Shown here: piece by piece, positions 35,976 through 45,915 of the stretch
How positions within the stretch are numbered: the first letter of the stretch is position 1
Layout of the letters: each line of letters starts with the position of its first letter
DNA from: a virus
DNA length: 57,077 bases
Reading direction: 5' to 3' (one strand)
Virus record (IMG/VR): IMGVR_UViG_3300025000_000123
Location: 1 to 57,077 of that record
Made by a program: the position numbers and the translations under genes
The notes under the pieces: generated by a model
What the model saw: only the letters and a program-made list of their open reading frames with translations
What the model was told of the DNA's origin: nothing
Database searches by the model: none

Positions 35976-36131
35976 ATGAAGAATCGAACAGTGCAGGTCA
36001 GGGTTACGGCGGATGAAGCCGAGCGGATCAGGGCAGAGGCAGAGCGGCAGGGGCGGACCGTCTCGGACTACGGACGGCGAACCCTGCTGGCAGCTGTTAA
36101 GGTAGTGAAACAGGCAAAAGAGGGTGAGTGA
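35976..36131 (+). CDS. Ribbon-helix-helix (CopG/Arc/MobC-like) DNA-binding protein, 51 aa, below the track cut-off
   Basis: GGAGG RBS. MKNRTVQVRVTADEAERIRAEAERQGRTVSDYGRRTLLAAV fits a beta-strand, helix, G-x-S/T, helix RHH layout. Confidence 0.7.
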   Translation: MKNRTVQVRVTADEAERIRAEAERQGRTVSDYGRRTLLAAVKVVKQAKEGE

Positions 36132-36448
36132 TGGATCTTGACAACACATCGATGCGTGCCTGGGCAGCCGACGAGGCCAAAGGCGAGAAGTTCCGGGCAC
36201 TTCGGCCGCGCATGGTGGAGTGGCATCGAGATTCTGCAAACTTAGTGCGGTGGAATGCCCTTACTATCCCTATCCCCTTTCAGCCGTACCGGATGGGGAC
36301 CGGTCCGATCATCTGGTGCAGCTACGACCGGGAGGCCCACGCGGTGCATATCAGAAAGCCAGGAGTGATGGCTGAGGGTGTCACTGCTCGGTATGTGGAT
36401 CAGATCGCGGCGCTATTGGCGCTCGGGCTGGTGGAAGCGGGGGAATAG
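36131..36448 (+). CDS. Hypothetical protein (105 aa), translationally coupled to the RHH gene
   Basis: TGATG stop/start overlap at 36129-36133. Confidence 0.55.
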   Translation: MDLDNTSMRAWAADEAKGEKFRALRPRMVEWHRDSANLVRWNALTIPIPFQPYRMGTGPIIWCSYDREAHAVHIRKPGVMAEGVTARYVDQIAALLALGLVEAGE

Positions 36449-36486
36449 GTCAAGTGACAGGAAGAGCAAACAGAAAGGAGCGGGCA

Positions 36487-36792
36487 ATGATTGATGCGCA
36501 CAACGAACGCTATCTGAATCGGCATATTGCGATGGTCGTAATCACAATGGAATGTCTGGACGGCATGTTTAGACAGGGCTGGAATACGGAGGGCAAGATC
36601 CTGCGGTGTGTTCAAGGCATGCCGCCGGATGCAACTTTCGTGGGAATGGTGCCGCTGGATGACTTGAGTGTAGGGTTCTTGTACTACCACCCCAGTTTCC
36701 AACCGGTGTTGTATGTGTCGCCATTTCCCCGATACTGCCTCACCTATGAGTACACGCTGCTCGAGCAGTCACCCACTGTGACCTCGGGCTAG
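36487..36792 (+). CDS. Hypothetical protein (101 aa), visibly lower GC
   Basis: AAGGAG 7 nt before ATG 36487. Its 3' end overlaps the portal stop convergently. Confidence 0.5.
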   Translation: MIDAHNERYLNRHIAMVVITMECLDGMFRQGWNTEGKILRCVQGMPPDATFVGMVPLDDLSVGFLYYHPSFQPVLYVSPFPRYCLTYEYTLLEQSPTVTSG

Positions 36793-38783
36793 TCATCCGC
36801 CGCATCCATCGCCCGGACGATCTTGGCGAACCAGTTGCGCCCGCCCCATACCTGAGCTGAGGCATAGGCAGGGGTTCCGGGCTCCGCTTCGGCGAACCTC
36901 TCGTTTCTCCCCCACCACCTGTTGCCCTTCCGCGCCCATGCCGGGGTACAGGCCTTTCCCCGTGCGAATCCCTGAGCCATCCTGATTGTGATGGGCTCGA
37001 TTCCGTCGCCGGTCTCGCCCTCGTCGTGGCGCCGCAAGCCGTCCTTGTATGCGTCGATGACGTCCTGGGCCGGGGTGAAGTCGATGCCGTTGTACTTCGC
37101 CGGAATCGCCCGCTCCTGGTGCGCTTCTGCCGTCCAGTCCGCCCCTGCCTGACCGCCGTGTAACAGCCAGGCTACCCAATCGGGAGATGGGGCTTCCCGG
37201 TCGTTCCACCCGTCGCCATCTTCTGGCGGGTTGTTCGCATGCCAGGCTGCCAGGGATAGCACCACGGTCTGATCGACGCTCGGACGCATAAGCAGGCGTC
37301 CCATTCCTCGAGCCGGGTCGTTCCACGCGAGCCCGGAAAGTCGGGCGAGTTGCTGTCCGAGGCCAACCTGTTGCCGGACGTCTGGCGGCACCGGGAGTGT
37401 ATCCGCCGTCGCCTCAACCGGGGTCGTCTCGAGCGCAATTCCTGCCTGCGCCAGGGTCTGCGTCACGAGGGGACGGATCGATACTGCATCAATCAAACCC
37501 TTCTCCGCCAGGCTCGTCAGCCGGTCAAGAACCGGGCCGATCGAGGCGAGTGCCTGGGGCTGCTCCCACGGCAGCACCCATTGGACGGAGCACTTTTCCT
37601 TGCCGTTCCATTCCGCCCACATTCGCCCGGGGCCGGACTGGATCCACCCTGCGATCGCGTTGGCGAGGTAGGAGACCACGCCGATCTGGAGTAGTTGCTT
37701 CTCAATGTCCGCCGCTGCCATGGGGCCCGTCGAGCTCCACAGCCGAGCGCCTCCGAGCATCGAAACCTCGATCCACCGGAGGGTGGTGTTGACTGCAGAA
37801 TCGACAACCTGGCTGCCCTTGTTCGCTCCGGTGTCCACCGACCGCAGGTCCTCCTCGTCGGTGGTCAGCGCCACGACGCCCATACTGCCTGACTTGTAGA
37901 TGTGCTCGGCCACCTGGACCTTTGCCGCCTCATCACGTGCCCGGGTGGTGGCGACCAACATGCCGGCCATCGCCCGACTCTCGAGCATGCGCCCCAACTG
38001 CGTCCAGAGTTCCGGACCGGTGACCATCGAGGGCCAGATGAGGCCATACCACCACCCCCACAGCCACGGGCGGTCAATCCCCCACGGCGTGCAGGTCATC
38101 CAGTCTGGGTAATAGGACGGGGGCAGGACGCCTCGAGGGTCCGGATGCGGCACGTCCTGGTCTACTGTGGTCGGCACCTCCCAATAGGACGATGTCCCCT
38201 CCCGGCGCGCAGTCCGCTCGTACCACTGCCCCAGGTACGTGTCTCGCCGGAAATACTCGATCGACCAGGACGCGAGCACCGGAGCCCACAGCCGATCCCG
38301 GCGAACGAAATTGGACGGGCGCCACATGCCCAGGCCTCCAGTGCAGGACCTGGCCAGGCCGAGGCGCCCATTGCCCGAGGGTGACCACCTCACGCCCCGG
38401 CGAGTCTCTGATGCCGAGACCTGCACATCCTCGAGGTAGAGGGAGTCCGGCGGGTACCGGGGGTCATGGGGCAGCATCACGGGCAGGTGCATCGCGAGTT
38501 CCGGCGGGTCCGTGATCCACCGCCCCGCGGCGAGCAGGCCGAACAGGAGGTCAATTGCCTGCCTCGAGATGGGATGGAGCAGCACCTCCGTCACTCCCTG
38601 CCCCAGGTACCGGAAGAGCCCGGCCTCGGCATTCGGGATGACGTCCTTTGCCATCCCCGAATCCCAATCCGTCAGAGTCGCCCGGGGGGCGTACTTTTTG
38701 ACCACTCCCGGGGGTCCCAACGGGATTACCAGGGGTTGCGCTTTGGGTGCAACTGCTCGCACAATCCTATCGACGAGGGACAT
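36789..38783 (-). CDS. Portal protein (664 aa), possibly with a C-terminal extra domain
   Basis: Size and position directly after TerL. GGAGAG RBS before ATG 38783. Confidence 0.65.
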   Translation of the reverse strand: MSLVDRIVRAVAPKAQPLVIPLGPPGVVKKYAPRATLTDWDSGMAKDVIPNAEAGLFRYLGQGVTEVLLHPISRQAIDLLFGLLAAGRWITDPPELAMHLPVMLPHDPRYPPDSLYLEDVQVSASETRRGVRWSPSGNGRLGLARSCTGGLGMWRPSNFVRRDRLWAPVLASWSIEYFRRDTYLGQWYERTARREGTSSYWEVPTTVDQDVPHPDPRGVLPPSYYPDWMTCTPWGIDRPWLWGWWYGLIWPSMVTGPELWTQLGRMLESRAMAGMLVATTRARDEAAKVQVAEHIYKSGSMGVVALTTDEEDLRSVDTGANKGSQVVDSAVNTTLRWIEVSMLGGARLWSSTGPMAAADIEKQLLQIGVVSYLANAIAGWIQSGPGRMWAEWNGKEKCSVQWVLPWEQPQALASIGPVLDRLTSLAEKGLIDAVSIRPLVTQTLAQAGIALETTPVEATADTLPVPPDVRQQVGLGQQLARLSGLAWNDPARGMGRLLMRPSVDQTVVLSLAAWHANNPPEDGDGWNDREAPSPDWVAWLLHGGQAGADWTAEAHQERAIPAKYNGIDFTPAQDVIDAYKDGLRRHDEGETGDGIEPITIRMAQGFARGKACTPAWARKGNRWWGRNERFAEAEPGTPAYASAQVWGGRNWFAKIVRAMDAADD

Positions 38784-40209
38784 GGTATCTCTCCTTGGTG
38801 TTTGGTACGCCGATGCTGGCATCTCCAGAATACAGTGTCACAATATTACACCGATCGAACACGGGCATAGCGATATATCTTAATCCGTCCATCCCGTGTT
38901 TGTGCTCGTCGTCTCCACCTTCCCACAAGCTGAGGTCGGAGCGGGTCTCCTCGCACGACCTTAGCACCCACAAGTAATCTTCGCCAAACGCATCATTCAG
39001 GCGCTTGATCCCGGCGTCTACCGACCCATCACCCTTTTTCGGGGTCTGAATGTCCACGCCCAACTCTTTCCCGAGCATCGCGTTGCAGGTCATACCCGGC
39101 GCGCCTTTGCCGCCGCTGTTTACGTCGCCGACCCATAGCCCCACATCGTGAGGCTGCAGTCTCCTTGGGTGCCTGTTGAGCATTCGTCGGATGCCTTCCG
39201 CGTCTTGTTGCGTGCCAGTCGAGACATCGCTTGACCACTCGCCCTCGATCTGCACCCGTTTCCGCGTCACGTCATCAGCAAGGAGGCGCGCGGTTTGGTG
39301 TCCTGCGAGTTCCCCATGGTCGATCCCCACGGAGTACCGGACAGAGTTGCCCTCGAGTACGTCGTCCACAATCCGGGTGTGATCGTACTTCTGGATACAG
39401 CGCTTCTCACGAACCAACCCGACAAGCCAGTCACCCTCAAGCAGTTCCTGGCGCCGCGCTCCCCTCAGGTTCATCAACTGTCGCCGATAGTTCGTGTTCA
39501 GGTAGGGGTTGTCCCCCACCTGTGCCGGGATGAACTGGCGGGACTGCCGCTCTGGTGCAGGCGTGAGATGGAACACTTCCCGCCCGTGTTCGTCTGGCGG
39601 GTCCACATAGAGCACCTGGTCCGGCGCGGCATGGAACGCCGATCGCGGGTCCAGCCAGGGAGCAAACCGCTCAAACACCCACGCCGGATACCTGCCACCG
39701 GGGTTTGTTGTCCCTCTCATACGAAGCGGGATATTGTCGCTCGAGCGAAGCCCCGCCGTGATTTCGTCGAACCACCAGGCTTTGAACAGGGTCAGTTCGT
39801 CGAATCCGTAGAAGTGGAATTCAGCGCCCATCACGACGCGCAGAGCAGTCGCGTCATTGTCGCAGTGGCCCAGGAAAATGCAGGCCCCGGAAGGGAACCG
39901 AAAGACATGCTCAGACCCGTTGTACTTCACTCCCGGGTAGAACGCCGGGAACCATTTAAGCGCGCGGGGTATGACTTCTTTCAGGAGTTCTGGATAGGTC
40001 GGGCGGAAGATAATGGCTTTGTAGGTGGGGAACTCACAGAACCGCATCGCGTCTACCAGCAGCCAGTCCGTTTTACCGCCCCCCTTGGCACCGCCGTACA
40101 GTACAAAGTCAGCGGTAGAGCGCAAGGCTACCAGTTGCCGATCGTGCGGAATCCATGGCAGAACTACCTCACTCGGTAGGCTTTGGCTCTTCAACTGGTT
40201 GGGCTGCAT
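38767..40209 (-). CDS. terL: Terminase large subunit
   Basis: P-loop LYGGAKGGGKTDW near the N-terminus. C-terminal nuclease-type region (VGIDHG...). Size 480 aa. Confidence 0.9.
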   Translation of the reverse strand: MQPNQLKSQSLPSEVVLPWIPHDRQLVALRSTADFVLYGGAKGGGKTDWLLVDAMRFCEFPTYKAIIFRPTYPELLKEVIPRALKWFPAFYPGVKYNGSEHVFRFPSGACIFLGHCDNDATALRVVMGAEFHFYGFDELTLFKAWWFDEITAGLRSSDNIPLRMRGTTNPGGRYPAWVFERFAPWLDPRSAFHAAPDQVLYVDPPDEHGREVFHLTPAPERQSRQFIPAQVGDNPYLNTNYRRQLMNLRGARRQELLEGDWLVGLVREKRCIQKYDHTRIVDDVLEGNSVRYSVGIDHGELAGHQTARLLADDVTRKRVQIEGEWSSDVSTGTQQDAEGIRRMLNRHPRRLQPHDVGLWVGDVNSGGKGAPGMTCNAMLGKELGVDIQTPKKGDGSVDAGIKRLNDAFGEDYLWVLRSCEETRSDLSLWEGGDDEHKHGMDGLRYIAMPVFDRCNIVTLYSGDASIGVPNTKERYHVPRR

Positions 40210-40624
40210 TCATTTCCGCCTTCTTCGCCACGGCATACCCTTGGAGATAGAGCTCGAGGCCAACTGCCGGGCCCACCTGCACTGCCACGGGGCCGCCGTC
40301 GGGTCCGGAGATCTCCTGTGTCTTGCGCTCGCGGAAGTGGGTGGGGAATCGGCGCTCCAGGAACCATGCGTTGCCACGCCAGATCTCCCCGCCCGCTCTG
40401 ACTCTCTGCACGCTCTCGAGCGCAGCCTGTGACTGGACCCGCGATGCACGGTCCAAAAACTCGGCAAATGGTTCCTCTCCGGCCTCGCCTCGTTCCTTCC
40501 AGTTATAATAGGTCTGCTTGACTATCCCCGCGAGATCGCACGCCAAATCAATTGGCAATCCCTCGCGAAGATAGCCACACAGTTCCTCTGCTACCTCTGG
40601 AGTCAGGCTTGTTGGTCTGGCCAT
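40169..40624 (-). CDS. terS: Terminase small subunit (HTH type)
   Basis: GGGGAGGAG RBS before ATG 40624. N-terminal HTH (ACDLAGIVKQTYYNWKERG). Overlaps the TerL start. Confidence 0.65.
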   Translation of the reverse strand: MARPTSLTPEVAEELCGYLREGLPIDLACDLAGIVKQTYYNWKERGEAGEEPFAEFLDRASRVQSQAALESVQRVRAGGEIWRGNAWFLERRFPTHFRERKTQEISGPDGGPVAVQVGPAVGLELYLQGYAVAKKAEMNAAQPVEEPKPTE

Positions 40625-40625
40625 G

Positions 40626-40913
40626 TCACTCCTCCCCTGGAAACACCTTGCCCTCAAACCCGGGAACATCAACACGTGTCCGGGTCGCTTTTCTGACCTG
40701 CCTTACTGCCTGATACAGGTCCGACCAGGTTGGTTTAGGCAGCGCTCCCTGTCCCGCATCCACCTCAATCAAGGATGCCAATAGGACCAGGACCAGGTAG
40801 ACAGCCGCTGCCACGGCAGATGCTTTGCCCTCGGTTGACTTCCCAGCCTCGAGGATGGCCACCCCTGCGGCCTTCAGGACAGCTGCGATCTTGTTTCGAT
40901 GTTCGTCAGTCAT
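40626..40913 (-). CDS. Small membrane-associated hypothetical protein (95 aa)
   Basis: AGGAGGGTG RBS. Hydrophobic segment AVAAAVYLVLVLLASLI. Confidence 0.55.
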   Translation of the reverse strand: MTDEHRNKIAAVLKAAGVAILEAGKSTEGKASAVAAAVYLVLVLLASLIEVDAGQGALPKPTWSDLYQAVRQVRKATRTRVDVPGFEGKVFPGEE

Positions 40914-40946
40914 ACACCCTCCTCTCTAAATATGCACGCGACCTAC

Positions 40947-41630
40947 CTATTTATCAACCCCGATTATGCCCCAACCTGCTCCAATGAGCGCAGCCGAGGC
41001 CACATGCTCCGATGTCACCGTCACCTCCGGCCACAATGCCCGGACAAGCTTTAGCTCCATGCCCCCGTGCAGGCCCGGAAATGCTGCTCGCCAACCTCCC
41101 CTCTGCCGTCGCCAGGCTTTCCCGTCCCAGCGTCGGACGGAGGGACCGACCTCGATTTCATCGTAGGGAATCCCCTGCTGAGCCGCCAGCGTTTCCCACA
41201 GACCAGCGCACCTTCCGAGCGCCCACCCGATGAGCGCTTGTGAGCCGGCCCGCCCTGAATCCCCTCGAGCTGTCACCGGGCACCGCTCGAGCACGATCAT
41301 CACCGGGCCATGTGCGAGGCCTCGAGCTTCTCTCAGGACGTCCACAGCCCGCCTCAGCCGCTGCTCCCCACGGCTCGAAGCTCGGGGTCCCTTCCTCGCA
41401 CTGCATTCCTCCGTCGCGCCGGTCAGAATCTCCCAGCCGGCAAGAAGGCGTGTGCGGGTCTCGAAGGAAGTGTACGGGGTCACCTCGATCAGCGAGGCGC
41501 CGGAATGGTCAGAGCCCGGATCAACGCCAAGGATGTAGGTAGGGGTCAGTGCCGGCGCCGGCGCAGTCCTTCGCTTCGCCTTCTGCTCGAGCCTGTAGAT
41601 CTCCGCCGGGTCGGTTACGCGCATTGACAT
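40947..41630 (-). CDS. RuvC-like Holliday junction resolvase
   Basis: YILGVDPGSDHSGASLI matches the RuvC N-terminal GxDPG motif. GAGGAG RBS before ATG 41630. Confidence 0.65.
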   Translation of the reverse strand: MSMRVTDPAEIYRLEQKAKRRTAPAPALTPTYILGVDPGSDHSGASLIEVTPYTSFETRTRLLAGWEILTGATEECSARKGPRASSRGEQRLRRAVDVLREARGLAHGPVMIVLERCPVTARGDSGRAGSQALIGWALGRCAGLWETLAAQQGIPYDEIEVGPSVRRWDGKAWRRQRGGWRAAFPGLHGGMELKLVRALWPEVTVTSEHVASAALIGAGWGIIGVDK

Positions 41631-41631
41631 G

Positions 41632-42081
41632 TCACTCCTCGCCTTTCTGTGTCTTGTCGCCACTCCAGTCAGGCACCGCCGGGATACTCAGGAACGCGCC
41701 ATCCTGCTCTCGCATCGCAAACCATCGCTTCTCGCCGTTGCGGGTCCAACTCCAGGTCTCAGTGCCGTATGCCATTATGGCATCGACTATACCCTTAACC
41801 CCGTGCTCCCAGGTGATGACCAGGGGCTGCCACCCTTTGAGGTCATAGTCCATGGTCTCTGGGTCGATCGGGCGGATGATGTCGTCATGGCGCCGGAAGC
41901 CGATATACAGGCTCCCCATTTTCGGATCGCAGTACCGCCCTTCTCGCGAGGTCGTCAGCCAGAACCTGCCACGGAAGCGGGCGGAGTACCACTCCACAGA
42001 TGCCCTCTCAATCGCTCGCCATCCCGCTGCTATCTGAGCGGGGGTCAGGTCCGGTTTTACGGTCATGGGCTTTTCTTTCAT
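41632..42081 (-). CDS. Hypothetical protein (149 aa)
   Basis: GAGGTGAGG immediately upstream of ATG 42081. Confidence 0.55.
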   Translation of the reverse strand: MKEKPMTVKPDLTPAQIAAGWRAIERASVEWYSARFRGRFWLTTSREGRYCDPKMGSLYIGFRRHDDIIRPIDPETMDYDLKGWQPLVITWEHGVKGIVDAIMAYGTETWSWTRNGEKRWFAMREQDGAFLSIPAVPDWSGDKTQKGEE

Positions 42082-42099
42082 CCTCACCTCTGGACGTGA

Positions 42100-42447
42100 T
42101 CAGCAGCCCGTGGTAGCCTGACCCTGTTGCTGCTGTGTGGTCTCTGCTGCCTCTGTCGCTCCTGCTGCCTGGCCCCTTCTTGGAGGGGCTTTTTTCGTTT
42201 TACAGCCTGCCCGTCGCGCCCATCGGTCGATCTCCAGATCTGTCCGGTCCGCCTGCTCGAGCCTTGCTTGTAGCCGAGCCATGCCTCGAGCCGCTTCGAC
42301 CTCGTTGCAATACGCGCGCACCCTCCGGCAGATCGTGCCGCAGACTTCGTATCGGGCTATGACCCGCGTCTCAAACGTGTTCAGCCGATAGGGTACAGGG
42401 CCAGCGACCCGGCACCTCGTGCATGGCTCACAGCGACGAATCACCAC
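42100..42447 (-). CDS. Hypothetical Cys-rich protein (115 aa), GTG start
   Basis: AGGAGG 4 nt upstream of GTG 42447. Confidence 0.5.
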   Translation of the reverse strand: MVIRRCEPCTRCRVAGPVPYRLNTFETRVIARYEVCGTICRRVRAYCNEVEAARGMARLQARLEQADRTDLEIDRWARRAGCKTKKAPPRRGQAAGATEAAETTQQQQGQATTGC

Positions 42448-43472
42448 ATCACCTCCTGGACTGCACGTTCAATCCGCAGGCAGTGCGGACTAAACCAAAG
42501 AACTTCTCGAGCCGCGTTCGCTCTGCCCCGGCCATCGCCCTGTGAGCCAAACCCGCCTCGAGCCTTCCAGGGAACCGCAGTCCAGCCGGGCATCGTGTGT
42601 TCGCCCTCGTATCCTGCCAGGCAAATTCGATACAGCCGGTCATTACCCCGCTCAAGAGCCCATGCCCGCACGTCATGAGCCACAGACAGATCCTCCGTCG
42701 AGTAAAGTGATTCGCACCGTTCCGCCTCGGAGGAGTATGGCGGGTCAAGGAATACCGCGGTCAGACCGTGCTTCGTGGTTACTGAGTCCCCGCACACTCT
42801 CGACCAGTCCCCGGAGCATACCCGGACACCACGCAATCTCTGGGACAGTGCTCGGAACCAGTCGCGGATAAAGTCTCCCCTCCCCGCGTCCCCCAGGTGG
42901 GGGAGTTGGCGGTTGATGCCGGACTCTGCGTCCGTTTTTTCCCTCCACTCGGACCCGGTCCACTGCCAGGGACCATTCCCCGCGCACCAGCCAGAGCCGA
43001 TCCAAGAGCAGATGCCCCAGCACCACCAGCCAGCGATCTGTGCGTCGAATCCAGCAGGATCGCCAAGGCACGCCTCGAGCCGACGGGCACCCTCCGTGAT
43101 CAGCCAGTAGTGTCTCGCCTCGAGGTCTGTCTCCGACACCGGCCAATCACACCACTGAGCCACGGCATCGGGATCAACATGGACCGCGCGCCAGAAATTT
43201 GACACGAAGCGGTCCTTGTCGTTGATCGTCTCGACTCCCACAAATGGAATCGGTCGACCGAGCAGGACCGCGCCCGAGCCGAAAAACGGCTCGACGTAGT
43301 TCCGGACGTCACCCAACCGCCGCCAGATTTCAGCAGCCACGCTGGACTTCCCGCCGAACCACGGGAAAGGGGCTTTCAAATCGTCCACAACACCTCCGCT
43401 TTCCTCATCAGCCCTCAACGGACCGATGGAGAAAGCGGCCTCCCCGCGGGCAGGAGGCCGGAACGTCAACAC
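42441..43472 (-). CDS. N6-adenine DNA methyltransferase, D12 (Dam-like) class
   Basis: PWFGGKSS...YVEPFFGSGAVLL (AdoMet-binding motif) and VFLDPPY (catalytic DPPY). Alternative start GTG 43388 after GGAGG. Confidence 0.85.
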   Translation of the reverse strand: MLTFRPPARGEAAFSIGPLRADEESGGVVDDLKAPFPWFGGKSSVAAEIWRRLGDVRNYVEPFFGSGAVLLGRPIPFVGVETINDKDRFVSNFWRAVHVDPDAVAQWCDWPVSETDLEARHYWLITEGARRLEACLGDPAGFDAQIAGWWCWGICSWIGSGWCAGNGPWQWTGSEWREKTDAESGINRQLPHLGDAGRGDFIRDWFRALSQRLRGVRVCSGDWSRVCGDSVTTKHGLTAVFLDPPYSSEAERCESLYSTEDLSVAHDVRAWALERGNDRLYRICLAGYEGEHTMPGWTAVPWKARGGFGSQGDGRGRANAAREVLWFSPHCLRIERAVQEVMW

Positions 43473-43481
43473 GTGTCAGAA

Positions 43482-44345
43482 TCAGCCGTTGACCTGCTTC
43501 AGGCTGAGCTTCCCTCTGCCGACCAGGAAGCCGTCGTCAAGGAGGTCACCGAGGTAGGCCATTGCCTCATCCACCGCATGCTTCTGGACGATCGGCAGCC
43601 CCGGGCAGGACAGGCGAAACACCAGGCCGGAGTCCGTCACGTCGAGCGACAGGAGCAGCTCAAGCGTGTAGACCCGGTCCGTCTCGCCGTCGAGCACGCC
43701 CTCAAACCAGGGCACCTCGATGCGGATCCCGGTCGGCAGGGTGGCAGAAATGTCCTGCTTCTCTTCCCTGGCCAGGACCCGATAGAGCCCGTGGCTGTCG
43801 AGCTGTGCCTTCACGTTGGCCCCGGTGGCCAGGCTCAGGCTCGAGACCTGACCCAGCAGGAATTCACCCGGGCCGCTCGAACCGGAGACTTCGCACCCGA
43901 CCAGGCTGGTGATGTGGCTCGAGCATGCCCGCAGGTGCTCATGGAGGGCCTTCTGGCTCATCGGGCGACCGATCAGCCGAAACCACTGCAGAAAGATGGG
44001 GTGCAGCGGCACGCGAGCGCTGACTACGTCGCTCTGCGCCTCACGGGCATCAAGCGCGGCATCCATGTAGAGTTGCCCATCATCGGCGACCCCGCCCAGA
44101 ATCTCCGTCTGTTCCGGGCCCGCATGCCGGTTGAGCCACGCCGCGAAGCCTGGCAAGTCGGCGAACAGGTGCCCCCTCATGTTTCGAGGCGGACCGTCGA
44201 GCTCGAGCAATTTGTAACCACTGCCATCCTGACGGAGCGCCAACATTGCCCCACCCGGGCGGGTAGGGTGGCTTTCAGTGTGCAAAAGCGCACTGGGGTC
44301 TGACAACAGTCCGAATGCGAAATTACGAAGATCTTTGAAATCCAT
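43482..44345 (-). CDS. Conserved phage protein (287 aa), possibly DUF2303/YfdQ-like
   Basis: Coding is well supported (length, RBS). The family assignment is from memory only. Confidence 0.5.
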   Translation of the reverse strand: MDFKDLRNFAFGLLSDPSALLHTESHPTRPGGAMLALRQDGSGYKLLELDGPPRNMRGHLFADLPGFAAWLNRHAGPEQTEILGGVADDGQLYMDAALDAREAQSDVVSARVPLHPIFLQWFRLIGRPMSQKALHEHLRACSSHITSLVGCEVSGSSGPGEFLLGQVSSLSLATGANVKAQLDSHGLYRVLAREEKQDISATLPTGIRIEVPWFEGVLDGETDRVYTLELLLSLDVTDSGLVFRLSCPGLPIVQKHAVDEAMAYLGDLLDDGFLVGRGKLSLKQVNG

Positions 44346-44377
44346 GACTTCCCTTTCTTTTTTTAAAACTTTACGCT

Positions 44378-44722
44378 TTACTTCACAGGACGCAGGGTTG
44401 ACGGAATTGTCAACTGCTCCCCTTCCTGCGTGATCAACAGCGCGCCGTTCTGGAGCCGCGCTGAGTCTGCTACCACCCGCCGTGCCGGGGTCTTGATGTC
44501 CACCGAGGGGGTGATGTCGATGTTTGCCGTGCCCGCCTTGCCGCTGAGGGTCAATTTCAGGGTGACACTGACTTTCAGGGTATCGCCGGCATACTTCTCC
44601 GGCTCCTGAAAGACGAAGGTCGCCTCATCGATGGCCTCATTAAAGAGCCGGGCCACGTCGCCCCCGCTCAAGGTTGCGAGATCCTCCAGACGGAGGGCCT
44701 TAAATGTGAACGTTGGTTGCAC
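44378..44722 (-). CDS. Hypothetical protein (114 aa), GTG start
   Basis: AAGGAG 5-6 nt upstream of GTG 44722. Confidence 0.55.
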   Translation of the reverse strand: MQPTFTFKALRLEDLATLSGGDVARLFNEAIDEATFVFQEPEKYAGDTLKVSVTLKLTLSGKAGTANIDITPSVDIKTPARRVVADSARLQNGALLITQEGEQLTIPSTLRPVK

Positions 44723-44740
44723 TTTCGCTCCTTTCTGTTG

Positions 44741-45784
44741 TTACAGCACCTGCTCACGTACTCTCAGCGCTTCCGGCCACTCGGCCGGATCGCTCCCCTT
44801 CCTGGACCGCAGGCACACACGGGCGCCCGCAGCCGTTCCAAAGACCGCCTTCTCGTCGGCAAAATTCACATGCTCCGGCCAGTCCATGCTGTTGATGTTG
44901 CTCACCACCGGGCACCTCCCCAACTGCTTGACATACACAGGCATCCCGGCCGCCTTGCACTGCAGGACCACGTCCCAGGCGGCTTTAACCGGGAAGGGGC
45001 GGGCACCGGGGCCGGACTCTCCGCCGATGATGACGTGGTTGATGTTGCCCAACGCTGAGAACGATTCGGCGCCGGTGAACGCAGCATAGGCGAGATCCAC
45101 CGCCCCGATCATCGGCTCGAGACTGATGCCCCGAACCGCCGCAGGCATGCGGAGCAGTTCCGGGATCAACGAGTCAGCGGTGGCCTGGTCGCTGGCAGAG
45201 ACGTATCGGTGGATGTGCTTGTAGTGGTCCCACCGGTTCGGCCAGCCGTCCTTCAACCAGTCTCTCCCATTCACCACGTACCCACCCGGCTTCAACCGGG
45301 CGAACGCATCCACACACACCGCCGGGCTCCATCGCTCGATCCGCTCTGCCTGGATCTCCGGCCGCTTGGTCAGGTCTTTCCAGATGATCCACGGGCTCAG
45401 CAGCATCATCCCATTGATCGCCTTCCATACCTCATCCGGGACGTTCGGATGCCCCATGTCAGACTCACTGGCCAAGAACACGATCGTCTTGTGACCGTCC
45501 TTACGGGGCTTATAGCCGGGCTTTGTGAATGGCCAGGCCAGCCGTTCCGGGTAGAATTCGATTGTGCCGTCCCATCGCCCCACCGTTGCCGCCTCACCGT
45601 GCATATTCCGGGCACAGAAGCGCTCAGCGTAGCAGTGAAGGCATCCGGGGTGAGTTCGCTTCGGTCCGCCGTCCACGGGCTTATAGCCGGCTTTGGAGCA
45701 GCCCTTAATGCCGTTCCAAGTCTGCCCCTTGATCACGGTTCCATCCGGTGCAACATACGAACACCATTCGATCTTCGTGCTCAT
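44741..45784 (-). CDS. Phage Gp37/Gp68 family (DUF5131) three-Cys-motif protein
   Basis: N-terminal KIEWC...TWNGIKGCSKAG...HPGCLHCYAE matches the family signature IEW...WNP..GC...GC..CYA. Confidence 0.8.
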   Translation of the reverse strand: MSTKIEWCSYVAPDGTVIKGQTWNGIKGCSKAGYKPVDGGPKRTHPGCLHCYAERFCARNMHGEAATVGRWDGTIEFYPERLAWPFTKPGYKPRKDGHKTIVFLASESDMGHPNVPDEVWKAINGMMLLSPWIIWKDLTKRPEIQAERIERWSPAVCVDAFARLKPGGYVVNGRDWLKDGWPNRWDHYKHIHRYVSASDQATADSLIPELLRMPAAVRGISLEPMIGAVDLAYAAFTGAESFSALGNINHVIIGGESGPGARPFPVKAAWDVVLQCKAAGMPVYVKQLGRCPVVSNINSMDWPEHVNFADEKAVFGTAAGARVCLRSRKGSDPAEWPEALRVREQVL

Positions 45785-45915
45785 CGTCTTACCTCCTCAT
45801 TCTCGTCATCTCCGAAACCCGGAACAGCGCAACACATCTCAAACAGGGTATCTGTCGTAAAGTCTTTCGCGCGTTTCTCGTCGATGCCCAATGTTCTACA
45901 GACCTCTTCCAACAA
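45781..45915 (-). CDS. Small ORF or +1-shifted C-terminal part of the upstream gene (LLEEVCRTLGIDEKRAKDFTTDTLFEMCCAVPGFGDDENEEVRR)
   Basis: Protein-like sequence ending in an ATGA overlap with the Gp37/Gp68 start. Only TTG starts are available and there is no RBS. Confidence 0.35.
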   Translation of the reverse strand: MLEEVCRTLGIDEKRAKDFTTDTLFEMCCAVPGFGDDENEEVRR

